Source of the DNA: Amphiscolops sp. MND2022
Taxonomy: Eukaryota
Direction of reading: 5' to 3'
DNA: 64,000 nt
NCBI GenBank assembly: GCA_964187785.1
Contig: OZ076409.1
Coordinates: 66,528,001 to 66,592,000 of the forward strand
Part shown: positions 14,201 through 29,200 of the stretch, one piece after another
Layout of the letters: the number at the start of each line of letters is the position of its first letter
Position numbering within the stretch: position 1 is the stretch's first letter
Notes under the pieces: generated by a model
Databases searched by the model: none
Seen by the model: only the letters and a program-made list of their open reading frames with translations
What the model was told of the DNA's origin: nothing
Position numbers and translations under genes: made by a program

Positions 14201-17200
14201 TCACGATATTTTTCTTTCGCGAGAGACTACCCCGATTGAGAAGGTTATGTAAAACTTTCTTCTTGTCTGGGTTTTGTGAGTTGAAGCTCAATCCTCCGTC
14301 AGAGAATGTTCTTCCGTTGAATTGTCTTCTTTCGTGATAGGGTAGTGCTACGATTGTATTTCTCAGCGAACTTGCTCCGATGATGAACACCATTCATAAC
14401 ATACAACGCCGGTCACTGAAACCCTCCGAAGAGGTAACCCAGTCTGAGGTTTGCCGGACTTTCAAGTAATCACTGAAATAGATAGGCCGGGGGGCAGTCT
14501 CCGACCTATTTAGTAAGTTAATAAGTTATATAATGATATGACAGGAGTGTATAGTACTTTCTGATGTTTTTATTGAACATCAAAGTCAATGGTTATTGAA
14601 GCGTAAAGTAGAAATTTTACTGTGGACCGCATTGGCCCCGCAAGTGTTTTTCGTTGATTGCTTCCCCAGACTGGAGCGATGTAATACAGTTCTGGCAAAA
14701 GTAGCACCTGGTATAGCCGAATAAAGGGGGCTGACTGTACTCACACTTTTTTCCAACTTGTTCTTCGATGTGAAATTTCGGGCTTAGAAAAGCTGCCCTG
14801 TTTCGCGTAAACTGCAGTTGGAAATTTTCCGGAGTGATATGTTTTCTTACTGGCAATTTTTTTTGTAACTTTTCTGATCGGGAAATCAGGGAATGGTAGT
14901 TTATGGAGACTTTATTTAGTTTTGATTTGTTTTCCGCAGCCGCAATTTATTGTGTAGGGGGATGAAAATCACCATCTGTGTCGTTTATCTCTGCCAAAAA
15001 TCCACGTTATTGATTATCAATTCAGTTACTGTGCATGAGTTCCTGTGGGCCAGTTGATAGGGCGCCGGGCACTCAGGCGGTAGATCATGGGTTCCTACCC
15101 GGGTTTGAAACAGGTTTCGTTGACTTTTTTCGGAAGCTAGACCTGAATACTTGTTCTGTTTAGATACTGTAGTTATCAACTTATTCGAATATGTGGGTAT
15201 TTCAGTAATCGTGGCCCAGTCGATGGTGCGTCCGTTTGGCAGACAGGAAGGCGTGAGTTCGAACCCGCGCTGGAGCCTGAACTTTTTTCAGTTTTTCCAG
15301 GAAGTAGGTGGTCGGTGTATCGCACCTTCGCTATATTTGAATTTTTTGCTTTAAGAAGTTTGGATGGTTGTCGAACTTCGCCTTCGCACTTTTTCGTGTA
15401 GAGGAAAATATCCCGGTGCTTAGTGGGCGTCTTGTTATTTACCGACTGTCATTTGTGATTATAATGGTTGTTTGTTTCAGCGCGCAATCAGGAACAACTG
15501 TGAGAAGTTGATAGAACTGATCGTGTTGAAGCTGAGCAGTGACAATTTGGCCCTGTTGGATATGCTGGCCACGTTGTTCAACCACAACTGCAGGTTCCAT
15601 CACTTCAACGCCAACAAGGTCGCCGAGTACGAACCCTCATACCAGGTAATCAGCCAGCCCGTTGAGATCATTCTCCTTGATATAATTGAGAATGCCCGTA
15701 AAGGGCTATTAGTTTTACGATTAGTTGGTCAAAACTAGTTAATACCCGTTACATGGATGCTAACATTGATATAATTGCGCTTGAGGTTGCGAATAGCTTC
15801 TTTCAATAATGAAACGTTTTTATTGTGCTAGAGAAAAGGTCTTTCATTTGAGCGCTTTTACGGAATGAAAAAAACTTTAGATGAAAAGAAGTCGACTGGA
15901 GCTCATGATAGTAGTGGTTACACTTGCGATAAGCAAGTGTCATGGGAAAGTGCGGATGCTTTTTTTCCGCGCGACAACTCTCGTTTCAGACCGCAAGCCG
16001 CATAATTCATGCGTTCGTGGTCTAGTGGTAAGATGCTTGCTTTTCAACCCAGAGGGTTCATGTTCGAGCCGGTGCAAATTTTTTTCCAAGCATTCCGAAG
16101 CAGAAGGTTTCCCCGTTTTTTCGGCACTATGAGATTCCCCCTTTTCGGCTTTGTGAGACTTTTTAAAGAGAATTTATGAGAATTTTTTTAAGTCCAAAGG
16201 GTCCCCCTTCGATTTTTTGATATTTTGCAGCAGAATGGCTGTGAAAAAATCTCAAATGGTTCCCCTTTTACAGTTTTTGGCATTGTGAGATTCTTCGAAA
16301 TGAATAATTTTCGGCGTAACCATAAGTTGACCAGGAAAATTTTGGATCCATTCAAAAATCGGGTGCTTAATTTTTAAACCGCAATATCTCCTAAACTATT
16401 CAAGTCCGGCAAATGATTCATAGAGCTTTCGAAAGAGGAGCACCAGTTTCAAATCAATTTTTAAACTGCTGGGCTGGGAGCCCGCTAGCGCGAAGTTTTT
16501 TGCGGGAAGTCCTCCGTTGGCGTGCGGCTTCGCCGCACTGGTTCCGGACTTTGCGCCTAAACTTTGCACGCGTCGTTTTCAGCATGTTTCAAAAGAAGCT
16601 GGGGCCGCTTTGACCCAATGTCGATACCAGTGGGATAAAAGAGGGACCACAAACGAAAACTGGGAAAAAGGAAAATCTGCACTCAATTTTTTTGGTCCCA
16701 TTTTCTGGATTTCGGAGACTTCACGTCAATATTCCGTGAAAAAGCGCAAATGCTATGCAATATCGTCTGAAAATCCTATTCAAGGGTTTTCTTTACTATA
16801 CAATCAACTGGTGCATTTAGAATTTTCAGAAACTAAATGTGCCAAATTTGGCACAGTGGCCAAGTTAAGGTTAAGTTAGGTTTTCTCAGGCCCAGCACGC
16901 TATATCCGAAGTTTAAAGACCGGCGTTTTTATGTGACTTTTCAATCTGTTTTCATCGAAGCCCCCTCAATTTTTTAAACGAAAGTTTTGCGATCCTAAAG
17001 GACTCCTCAGGGTTTTCGGAGCTATGTGACTTACCGGAGACGTTCATCGGAAAATTTCCTTTGGGTTTTTTTCTGCACTATGCAACTTTATTTTATCAAA
17101 GGGTACCCCCTTACCTTTTTTTTGAAGTTTTCAGTTTGTAAAAAACGTTTCATGAGCCTGAATGACCTCTTTTTGGGTTTTTGGGCATTGTGCGACTTTT

Positions 17201-20200
17201 TTTACCAAATATTTTTTTTGAAATAAATTAATTTTTTCCAAATGGTTCCAATAGTTGTTCCTTGAATATTTTTGAGCCTTAGATATGGCGCCGACTTGGG
17301 ACGTTCCCGTCTTGTTTCCTAAAACCTTGATCTGGCTTGACTGGATTTCCTCAACACTGGAATAAACTAGTACACAGCTTTATTGTAACTACTTAATTTC
17401 AATTTTGAATGTCATTCTTGTTATATAACTGATTGCTAGTTAAGTAAAACTCAGTTTTTCTATTTGAATGAAGTTCAAGAATGCGCAATGTTTTTTGTGT
17501 TTCTTTGAAACTTGTAGATAAAACATTCACCTTCAGTCCTCAATATTTCAAGTTTTTGATCCTTATGGGTTTCATCAGTAGCTTCTTCTCATGTTTATTG
17601 GGTGCTAGTTCTGACGCTTTTCACGCTGTATTGTTATGTTTAGACCACAGAAATTCCCAAAATAATGAAGTATGCAATGAGTCTGGATAACAGAATACCA
17701 AAGGTGGGTAACAATGCACAGCATAATTTTTATTTACAGTAAAATTAATTTCATTCTTGGGCGAAACGACAAGCTTTAATTATCGTCGGATGTGTAATGA
17801 GTAATCGAAACTGTGAATGTTCCAATGAGATTCATATCCTTAGAGTTGTTATCCTTGCGAATTCGTATCCTTGCGACTTGCCGAGAAAATTTAAAATTTC
17901 AAAAAAAATCGAAAATATTATTCATACATGTTTTTTTTGTAGTTTTCTGTTAAGGAAAATCATTTTGTTAGTCTTAAGGGTGATCTCTTTGTTAATGTTT
18001 TGGTCATGTGGGACACCAATACCTGTAGAGAAGACACGGTTTTTTCGGCACTGTGCTACTTTTTTCAAAAAAATCGTTTGTTCAAAGCGTTCTGCAGGTC
18101 TTAGAGAACTTTTATAAGACCTAGAAGACTAATGTTTATAAATTTCTGCATTCTTACCAAAATAGCATTACAAATGTTCTGTTAGCATCTACAATAGTCT
18201 AACTCTCTTAGCAGAAAGGTTAACCCTAAGTGGACCAAGCAATTTCCGAAGTCATCCAAAAATCTGGTACTTAAACTGTCAACCGCACTATCTTCTGAAC
18301 TATTTGAGTCCGACAAACGATTTATAGCGTGTTCGAAAGAAGACCATCAGGGCTTTCAATTTGATTTTTGATTTGAATTGCTGGGCTGGGGGCTCGCATT
18401 GGCTCCGGACTTTGCGCCAAACCCTTGCAGGCTTCGTGTCTGATTGCAATTCAATTTCAAAACATGCTAGGGCCGCTGTGACCCAACCTTGATACCAGTG
18501 GGATAAAGTGACCACAAACAGAAACTGGAAAAACGAAAATCTGCACTTCGTTTTTTCGATTTTTTTGGTCCCGGTTTCTTGGTTTCAGAGGCATCAAGTC
18601 AATATTTCGTGAAAATGCGTGCAATGCTCTGTAATGTCATCTAAGACTCTCGTTCAAGAGTTTTCTTTTCCATAGATCTAGTGCCATCTAGTGCCTTCAG
18701 AAGTTTGCAAAAAGTAACTGGTACGAAATCGTACCCCGGGGGAATACTTTTATCGACAAAGCGAACCAGTGTTTAGTGGGTAAGGGTTCGCCCAGAGCTT
18801 AGCCTGCGTTCAAATACGAATTCGAAGCGTCGTATACGCTTAGAAGTTGTACCCTTTTGTTAAAGTAACAAAGCTTACCGTCCGAGAAGAATCAAAGGGG
18901 CTGTTTAAACTGGTACAGTGATTAATTTCGCGCTATATAATGAATTAACAGGAGGTATTAGGTATTTCAGATATGTCTTTGTTATTGAACATCGAAGTTG
19001 ATGATTTTAGACTAAAGCAGAAATAATACTGTGCCCCGAAGGGACAATTTTTTTACATTTAGATGCGACGCATCTGTCACTCAAGTGATGCGTGACAGTG
19101 AAATGACATGCAGTTGGTTTTTAGGGTTGGTTGGTGGATCTCATCAATCGCTTCGGGTACTTGAAGGGTTTCGACATCCTGCTGAGTCGTTTCCAACAGG
19201 TGACTACGTTGTCTGTCAGTCTGCTTGCTGCTCTCTTGAGGTGAGTTCAAACTCCATTACACAAGTACATGTATATTTCGAAACATTAATCATCGTCTAA
19301 ATGATGGACTAAAAATGCTGCTTTTCAACTAGAAGTGATAGATAGCATTCAACTTCAACAAGGCTTAAAACTTCTTCATTATGTGTTTTCCATGTGGAAT
19401 TCCTTCGGTCAGTAGCTTCTGAATTTCTTATTCCCGACTGAACTTAATGATCGGAAAGTTTTTAAATGGCAACTCATTTTTTCATGCTGATTTAACTGCT
19501 TAATATTTTTGTTTTTGTCTTATTGCGAGATTTCAACATTACTCAAAATTTCCTTTTCCAGATTTTTCAAAATTTCTGCCATTCGAGTTTGGTGTTTTGA
19601 ATTCTATTGCAATTTCAAGTCCCATCAAAAACTGACTGGATCACACAAAAATTTAGAATAAGTTCTTCGCATTGATTTTTACGGTGAACAAATCTCATTG
19701 TAGTTTGCCCCTGAATGCTAAGTTGCCTCAATTTGGGCTCAAATATTGTCAAATTTGGGTAATAAACTTCTCTGAAAAGTTTGGACTAAAAATTAAAATT
19801 AGTGTCCGAAGTTTCAAGAAGAAGACAATATTTCCATTTTTACAGAAATAAACTGAGTTTTTGGTCTCGAGCAAAGAATGATGATAATTAGGAAATGAAC
19901 AAATTTTTGCAAAGCTCATAATGAAGTAATAATTCGATAAATTTTGAAATTAATTTGTGTTCAGACCATTCTCCGGATGCCAGGAGTTTCTAACTGCCGC
20001 CTGCATTTCAACCTATTTTGTGCCTATAATGTCAATCACTAAAAACTATCTTCTCAACCTATCTGATGCCGAACTGAAAAAGGAATCAAAATCGGAGTTG
20101 AAGAACGATCAGATATCTTGCATTTTGACCACGATGAAGAGAATCGCCCGGCAGTGCAGCGAAAAAGATGGCAAGTTTGACGTGAGCGATTTGAGGCTAG

Positions 20201-23200
20201 AAATGATTCTTAGGTTGCTACGCGTGTCGTCTTTCAATGGCAAAATGAACGCTCTGATCGAGATCAACAAAATTTTGCAATCATCCAGCAATTTCGACAC
20301 CCTATCATGTGCAGATGCAATTCCACCCGATAAACTTGCGGTAAGAGCTCCAATGTCTTGTCTCATTCTTCTCATGGACCTCGACTCAGGGTTCGGAAAG
20401 AAACAAAGTTTCATTAAATTTGATTATTTGGAGCATTTTAATGGACTTTTGTTCTTTGTTAGTCCAAAATTTGTCGAATAATAGTAAACTTCGGTTAAAT
20501 CGTATTCACATAATTCGGATCTTCGTTAAATTCGTATGTATCTAGGACCCCATTTCATGGAAACAAATGTATTATCATCCGGTTAATTTGTATTTCTCAT
20601 TCTTCGTATCGTTTTATTCGGTCCCTGGCGAAAGGAATAAGCGGATTCCACTGTATCTACTTTTTTCAGTCAAAAAATATAACAAGCCGGGACCGGCCAA
20701 GTCGGCGCCATATCCAAGGCTCAAAAATAGCAAAAGGACTTCCCAGTGTCAATTTACAGTACTCGAAAATCGAAAAAGCAAAAAATATGAACCGAGTGGC
20801 GTGCCTGGGCCCGCTAGCGCGAGCCCCTGGCGTGCTAAAAGGGGGACACTTCTGAAATTGTCAACATTTTTGTCGCAGTTGAAAGGGGGACCCTTTGGAG
20901 AAAAAACAAATTTTCGAAAAAAAGTCTCATAATGCCGAAAAACTGAAAGGGGGGACCCTTTGGGGTTTTCAACATCCATTCTGTCGCAAAACATCAAAAA
21001 ATTGAAGTGGGGAAAAATTTTGATTTTCGGGAAAAAAATCTCACAGTGCCGAAAAAAACTGAAAGGGGGGACCCGTATGGTAAGTTACGCGGAAAACAGG
21101 AAAAGCCTTTTTGGTTCAGTTCGGTAGACCAAATAGTGCAATTTGGTGCAATAATATTTTCTAGAACTTTCAAGAACTATTTTGATCAGTTCGTGTGGAT
21201 TGAAAAAAGCCACTATAATAGTCGCGTTTCACTTCATGAAGCGCCGACTAAAAACGACCGTGCGCATCGAAACTACAAGTTGTATATGCCCATGTTACAA
21301 AATCTTTTTTGGAAACTCGTCAAATCAATGAAGATGATAAATGATTTATAATAGGTAATGGGATGTTTTCATTAGAGGATGTTGCATAAAATTGGTTGTC
21401 TCCCCGATCAATTCAAAAATTTTGAATTCTGCCTTAGATTATCTGTGTTAGAAGATCTGAAGCAGTTGAACAAGCCTGGGAAGGTATGAGTCGGCGCCAC
21501 GCTTAAGGCTCAAAAAGCAAAAGTACTTCAAAGCGTGAATGACTTTTTTGAAAAAAACTCATCTCAGTGCTGAAACCCAAAGTGGCGACCCTTTGGTTTT
21601 TAAAGGGATTTTTGCTTTTATTCTCACCAGAAACCTCGAAACGCCTAAGCATTTTTTTCACCAGAAGCCATAGAACTGCAGCGAGAACCCTCATCTGAAA
21701 TATGAATTTTCCAAACAAAACGCACTGTGCCAAAAAACCAAAAAGCCTTTGGGCTAGAAAACGCTTTTTCTATCCAAAAATATCAAAAACCGAATGGGGG
21801 ACCCTTTTGGAAAATTTCAAAAAATCGCCACTTCCGAAAATTCTTTTACAATCCAAATATGTCTTGTCAAAATATGAATGCGTGGACGTTTTCAATCAAT
21901 TTGAAAATTTGTGGCTTTTTAAAATTTTCATGGTCACTCGGCCGGTTTTAAGGAAAAATGCCACAGAGTCACTTTAATCTCCAGAGGAAACGCATCTAAA
22001 TTTGTGCAAAGTGTTCTTTTCATTTATTCCATTTTTAACGTACCATACAAAACCGGACGAGACTAAAGGGTCCCCCCTTTGAATTTTTTTGGCACTGTGC
22101 GACTTTTTTTCGAATTTTTTTTGTCTCCAAAGTGTTCCCCTTCAAGTTTTTCGATATTTTGCAGCAAACTGAAGTTTCGAAAAGCCCAAAGGGTCTCCCC
22201 TTTTAAAGGTTTTCAGTGTCCCAGCACGCTATATCCCAACTTTTGACGTTATATCCGAAGCAAATTGCGTTCTTTTAAGTAGGAGGCCAAGGTTCGAAAA
22301 AGCGCTTCTATGTGGCCCAGCACGCTGTGGCCCAGCACCCAAACTATATTGCGAGCACAAAGGCACCCTTTGGGTGTTTCGACACTTTTTTGTGAGTTTC
22401 GCAAAAAAGTCAGCATTTTTTAAAAAACTACGCTTTTTGATCCTTGAGTATAGCGCCGACTTTAAACGTTCCCGTCTTGTTATTTCATGAAGCGTCGACT
22501 AAAAACATGCATTTGGTCCTCTTTGAAAAATGCGTTGAAAAAAGTTTTTCAAGATTTCTTACAAGCATGTTAAGTCATGATTACTTTGTTACAGATGGAA
22601 TGATTTGAACCAGTTCAGTCGGTTTTTGATGTTTTTTGAGAGCTTCCAGAAATTGTCTCTCGATCTGACATGAAAACCGTTCTGTCGCCGAGAGTCCATT
22701 AGCTAACCGTTTTGTGAAGCAATCTGTACCGGATTGCATAAAACAGTCTTTTCTCCTTAGTTACTGATTGAACCATGCAACACTTGTCATTTAGTTACTG
22801 CCTTGCTGATTTTCGGTCTGTTTTATTCACTGCGTTCCCACGGCCTTGACATGCTTTCATCTGCGTCCCCAAAACATGTTGAAAAATGGACATGATATTT
22901 GTTTTTTTTTTGTGGAGCATTTGGTTTTTTCACTTGAAATTCTCTTGAATTCTGGAAAGAAAAAAGTAGTGAATTTTTTTGAATGAAATTTACATAATGT
23001 AAACGTCATAGTCACGAACGGATATATGCACAACACGAAGAATTTATTCACTCTATTTGTATATAAATGAATATAAGTATGCGAAATGAAAAAGGACGAA
23101 AGTACGAGCTAATGAAAAATATTTTTTTTTGCATCGTACCAATGGATTAATGAAAATAGATTTTTTGCATCGTACTTTTAGGAAGATCATTATAAGGTCT

Positions 23201-26200
23201 CAACAAAAACAGAATCCTAGGTAACAAAAACTCTGAAAACAGTACAATTTTTGGAAGAACGATATCTTTTTAGCAGCATGATGAGAGGTAAAATTATGTT
23301 TGGTGATATTTAATGGCATCAAATAATATAACTTACATTGTTTTGTAATAAAACCATTAATTTTTGTATTCAAACAGTGTAATGATTCATTCTGAGCGTT
23401 GATTCAAACCGAATTTTTGCAGGACTCGGGGGCCTTTTCTATAGATCTTATCTGGGTGTCTTTTCTTCGGTTGAATTGTGAAGAATTTATCAAACTTACA
23501 GCGCCAAAGATATCCAAAACATCAAAAACCCAATTTTTCAAAAAGGTGATTTTTTCCGGAAACGTTTCGGTGCCGAAAAACCCAAAAGGAGATCCTCTAA
23601 ATTCGCAAAACGCTTTTTCAATGTCAAAAATTTTCAAGAAGTGAAGACGTTGCTCTTTGACCAAATGAAATTATTCCTCGAAAAGTCACACTGTGCCGAA
23701 AAAACCGTTGGTCTTTTCCAAAGGCACTGAGAGAGTTCTCATCAGTTCCACAAACCAAAGATGTCACTCTGAAGCTCGGAATAACCCGAAATTGTCATTT
23801 TTTAAACGATTTTGTCATAAAATAATGTCTTCGATAAGCATAGTACTGAAAATCTCGAAGGTGTGCTCTTTGCTCGCAAAACGATTACATAATTATTAAG
23901 AAAACTCCTATCAGTCCGAAATGACCTAAAAAATCAAAGAGGTCACCTTTAGGACTCGGAGAATGGTTCTCCTCAACTGAATATCTGAAGGAGAAACTAA
24001 AAAATTTCGAAAAATTGCATAGTGCCAAAAAACCTTGAAGGGCTATTTTCTCGCAAAAAAATTTATGTTTGCTAAAATTCGAACGGGAGCTTTGGCGAAA
24101 AGTACCAAAAACTTCTACCTCGGCAAGCACATGGAAGATTTGGCCTAATATGGGACTCGAACTCATACATTCCTGCTTCTCATGCTCCTGTCACCGGGCC
24201 TGGAAATGTGAGTTGACCGCTAGACCAAAAGGCCATATAAAATTGATAAATTAATTATAAAATTGGACGTAACAGGGACCCTAACGAAAAAAACTTGCCA
24301 CTGTAAGAGTCTTGCGCTTTTCTACCGAACAGCTCCGACCTAATGGCCTTCCAAAAATTGAATCCGAAAATTGTGAACCGATTGAAAAGTTTGTTGTGAC
24401 TCGGTCTTCTTCCAGGTCAGCCTCCGTCAAAACCAGCTGTTAGACCGGTAATGACACGTCACTCCGCTTCGCTCCTGCGTTCAGGGCACTATAAAAATTT
24501 AACCGTGACAATACGATTGCCTTCTCTGGACGCTATTTACTAACAAACCTTTTGGACATTATTTATTTCTTAGGACGTTTTTTACTCTCCCCTGTTTTTC
24601 AATAGGGTGTTTGTGGGGGCTATTTATCCATGAGATTCTGGAGAAGTGATTTCAAAAGTACTTGCTGCATTATTTTTATTCAAATGTACAAATGTAGAGG
24701 ATTCTCTTTTATTCAAGTAACAAAGCTTATTAGTCTCACAGATGGACTTCAAAAATTTGGATTTTGAAATCTACGTTAAGTTGATTGACTTCCGCAAAAA
24801 AATTGACTTCCGCAAATTTGTAGAAAGAGTTTTATATCCTAAAAATTTGTGGGGAAAAGGGCATATTTTTTCCTGGGAGATTTTTTGGGAAATTTAGAAA
24901 TATTACTGTGTCCCACATGTGGCCGATTTTGATGGAAGAATTTTTCACTATTTCATGTCATATTTTTATCACGTCTCGATGTACGAAATGGTACCCCGGA
25001 ATGGCCAGGAGCTTTCCAAGTTGGAACTCGAATCAACTGCCATATTAATTTGCTCCACGACAGCGTGAGTTTGCATCGCAATTTGATGTCGAACGTTTGT
25101 TACGGACAGAGAGACGGGGAAATGGCATTTTCTTTGATGAAGTTTCATAAGTCTCTAAAAACTTCTGTTTTGAAGAACCGACTCAAGGTAAACATAGAAT
25201 TCAGTTTCGCTTAGTGACGAAGTTCGAAATTCGTAGAAATTGGCGCAAACTTTGAAAATTGACATACTGCCATTCCTTTGCACGGTCGTCGTGTTTTTGG
25301 GGCAAACCGCTCAAGCGAATAGGAAAAATTGGGGGAAAATACACGTAATTATTCCAACCACTGGATGTAGAATGCGTTCTCATCATCACTTTAGGCCTGG
25401 TCAGAGTTTTGACACCGCTAGTTATCCTTTTTCCCGCTATTTCATTGGCCATTCAAAGGTGATGGATCCATCTGAAGCTATTTCATTTTGTCTCATTGGA
25501 TTAATGTGTATTGTAATAAGAAGGCATGTAAAAATCAAAAGAGGTGTTTTACAAGCTAAAACAATGTCATTGATTTGGCCTTCAATGCTCATTGATAACA
25601 ACATGTTACTTTGTTTTACAATATCAATGTTTTAGCTGAATGATTTTATGGGTCTATAGTAATCATAAAAATTTGATACTCACCAAAATTCTGACGCCGT
25701 ATATGGCGAAAATTACTAGAAAGTCTTTCATCATTCGTCAAGTCGACTAAAAATTTTCTCAAAGTCATAAACAGTTGTCAACTGAGTGATATATAGGTTT
25801 TCAAAAATCCTTTTTGGATGATGCTTTCAAGTTCTAAGGTCGTTTTAAGTTTTCTCCTGATCAGTTTGACACCCTTAGTTGAATAATACTGAAGGCGTGA
25901 ATAAGTTTCACACTAAACATCAAACACTTGCTGGCGGCATTCAAGTGCTGGTATTTAGTAATGGTATCATAAACTGATGACTAGAATGAGCAACTGACGC
26001 GTCATTGTCGCGATTTAGTGCTGTTTAATTTTTTTTTCGGTAGCCACTGCGATTTGAAATAGTTTAACCGTAGTCACTGAAGGATTAATTGTTCAATACA
26101 ATTCATTTTAATGAATTGCTGGAAGTTGTCATCAGAATCTGTGACAAATCCATTGAAATATCTGAAATTGAAGGTCTTTGTGAAGTCTATTTTACAATTT

Positions 26201-29200
26201 GTTGTTCTTGTAATTTTTTTCATGGGTTCTAACTCTTCAGTTCGTTCTAAAAGTTGAAGTTATCAAGGGGATCTAAACGAAAGTCGGCGTCCCTTAAAAT
26301 AGCAATTTTGCTTAGTAAAATGATCTTGAGATCGAAACACGTCTGCATTTGTTCGATTCCGTAATATCACCAATTCTTTTATATGAATGAGAACTATGGG
26401 GCTACGAGAACTTGGAGCAAATTGAAGTTTTTCACAGGAATTTTCTTCGACGCATTCTGAAGGTCAGGAAAAGTTCGCCCAGTGCTATGGTTTATGGAGT
26501 ACTCGGTAGGCATGAAATGAAAATTACTGTCTGGAAGCGAATGGTTAACTTTGGAAAAAAACTGATCAAATCAGATGAGTTATCATGTGTAATTCGCCTT
26601 TGGTTAGACAACTGTAACGTTGTCACACCATGGCAGTCAGGAATAAAATAATCCCCATAAATTGCGGAGTACCGATGACAGAAGAGTATGCATGTTTCGT
26701 GTCTGATAACCAGTTCAACAGTTTTTTTAAAAGAAAATGTGAAGATCTAGCTTTTCAATCATGGCAAGTGATGTTTCAAGTCAACCCACTATGTGAAAAT
26801 TACCACCTATATAAGCATCGACTAGAATTCGAGCGATATTTGAAAATAATTAGAGGTCCTGAAAGAGTGAAACTAACCACTTTTAGGTGTTCGTCTGCTG
26901 CTTTACCAACTGTTGAAATGGTGTTACGGAAATCCTTTATAGAAACTTGTCCCCTATGTGGGTCCTATTGTGTCCCGGACAAGTACCATCTGTTGTTGAA
27001 CTGTAGGTTTGTTAGCGCTAAACGTCAAGAGTTTTTGCCAATTTATTATTAATGGGGGAGGAAAATCATGATCTGTGTTGCGTTCTTTTTTTTTACAAAT
27101 TTTGCCAAATCTCCACGATCTCCAACTACCAGACTATTTTTATAGTTACTAAAATAGTCAAGTAGTTGTAGTTACTAGTTTTAACTAAAATAGTCAAGTA
27201 GTTTTAGTTACTAGTTTGTCATCTCCATCTTTCGGTTACTTGACCAGTTTAGTTACTTGACTAATTCATTTCCTATCAATCAGTAGGTTGTGGGTTCGAA
27301 TCTCGCCTCCGCCTGATTTTTTTTGACAAGGGGGAAAAAATCAAGAAGTTTAGCGGGCATCTTGTTGCTTAAACACCCTAATTTGATAAAGTATGACTAG
27401 CTGATGAGTACATCTAATGGAACTCTTCTGATGAATATCTCAAAACTTGTCCAGAACTGTTGCAACACTATTGATGAATATTTGTAAGCTGTGATTTGTA
27501 CGCCTTCGGGCAACAAAATTAATTAACTCTCTCTCTCTCTCTTAAATGGCGTTCAAGCCACTCTCGAAGGAGGTTCCAACTTTCGATGAAATTCAGTTTG
27601 CAATACAACTTCACTACCAATTGAAAAACTTGGTACAACTTTTTGTCTCTTCGTTTCAAATCACTTAGAATTCTTTTTGAAATCTGAGAAATGTTTCCGA
27701 ACATGTGAATGTTCACTCCCATATACGCCATTGTTTCTAGTCGGCGCCTTTTCCTTACAGGAAAGCCGACTATTGCAGTGACTAGGTTTTTTTCGTCAGA
27801 CAACAGAATGTATGCGTAGTGGACATTTTTTACTGAACTTCTAGACCGGAAAAGTTAGTCCAAAGGGTCCCATACTACATTTTTAACGTTAGATACAAAA
27901 CCGGACGAAACTATAGGGTCCCCCCTTTGAATTTTTTTCGGCACTGTGCGACTTTTTTCGAATTTTTTGTCTCCAAAGGGTCCCCCTTCAAGTTTTTCGA
28001 TATTTTGCAGCAAACTGTAGTTTCTAAAAGCCCAAATGGTCTCCCCTTTTAAGTTATGTCTCCAAAGGGTCCCCCTTCGATTTAAATATTTTGCAACAAT
28101 CTGGATTTTCAAGGAGCCTAAATGGTCCCCTTTTACAATTTCAAATACTTCGCGCACTTTGAGTCTTAGATATAGCGCCGACTTGAGACGTTCCCGTCTT
28201 GTTGAATTCCGCAACAGATAAGTAGGTGTCTCAAATAAATGGCGGTCAATAGTTTTAGGGCTTATAAAGTTCTGCTGATAAATTTCAGTAGGAACTGAAG
28301 AGTACAGTGGATCCCGGATATAATCAACGTCAGCGTAATAACTAGTGTTCCTCATAATCGAACGTTCCTTTATGAGCGTTGGAATAGGGAACTAATTTTG
28401 CAATCGAGCCCAAGATGCGCATTGACTATAAGCGGGTATTCCGTATAAGTGGGTTTCTTATATCCAGGAGCCACTGTAGCTCCTTTTTAATAGCTTTTTT
28501 AAATAGTCACAATAGCAAGCTTCTTAATACTTTGTTTAATTATGATGAGTTTTTTGTTTTCAGGCGTGGCTTTCAGAAAATGACGTTTTGAGCATAGTGC
28601 TTCGAGACAATCTTCACCAACCTCAGTACGTGGATAAGCTGGAGAAAATCATCAGATTTGCCATCAAGGAAAAGGCATTGTCTCTGAAAGACCTTGACGC
28701 TACCTGGAACGCCCAGGTGGGCAAGCATGAAGCTATTGTTAAAAATGTTCACGAACTTTTGGCCAAACTAGCTTGGGATTTCACTCCTGAGCAGTTGGAT
28801 CATTTGTTCACACGCTTCAAGGAGAGTTGGAATAACGCCAACAAAAAGCAACGTGAAAAGCTTTTGGCATTGATTCGTAGATTAGCCGAAGACGACAAGG
28901 AAGGCGAAATGGCACAGAAGGTCCTTTCTCTTCTCTGGACCTTAGCCAGAAGTGAAAATTGCCCGGCTGAAATTGTGGACTTGGCTCTATCAGCGCATAT
29001 AAAAATTTTAGATTGCAGTGTCGCTCAAAATCGTGAGGAGCAGAAGATAGCTTGGATTGAAACGTTTATAGATCAGTTGAGGAAACCAAACGATGACTGG
29101 GTTGTTTTGGCCCTTCGCATGATTCGTTCAATCTGTCGCCAATTTCCTGAGAACCTGTCCCAGCAGATGACGATTCAGCCGAGAATGGGAGCTTTGCATC

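Noticed and set aside
15646..15738. In-frame continuation ..[10 protein letters not shown] as the USP9X KGWLVDL segment
   Set aside because: Better matches with proper splice sites exist at 17644-17703 and 19125-19240; the resemblance is coincidental.
16011..16075. Functional tRNA genes (here and at 7615, 9083, 15045, 15210)
   Set aside because: Acceptor and T stems do not close; the segments are embedded in repeats.
20567..24254. Short Phe/Lys-rich ORFs in the ORF track (also 32002-32737, 35016-36079, 55875-56762)
   Set aside because: Chance translations of non-coding HINE repeats.
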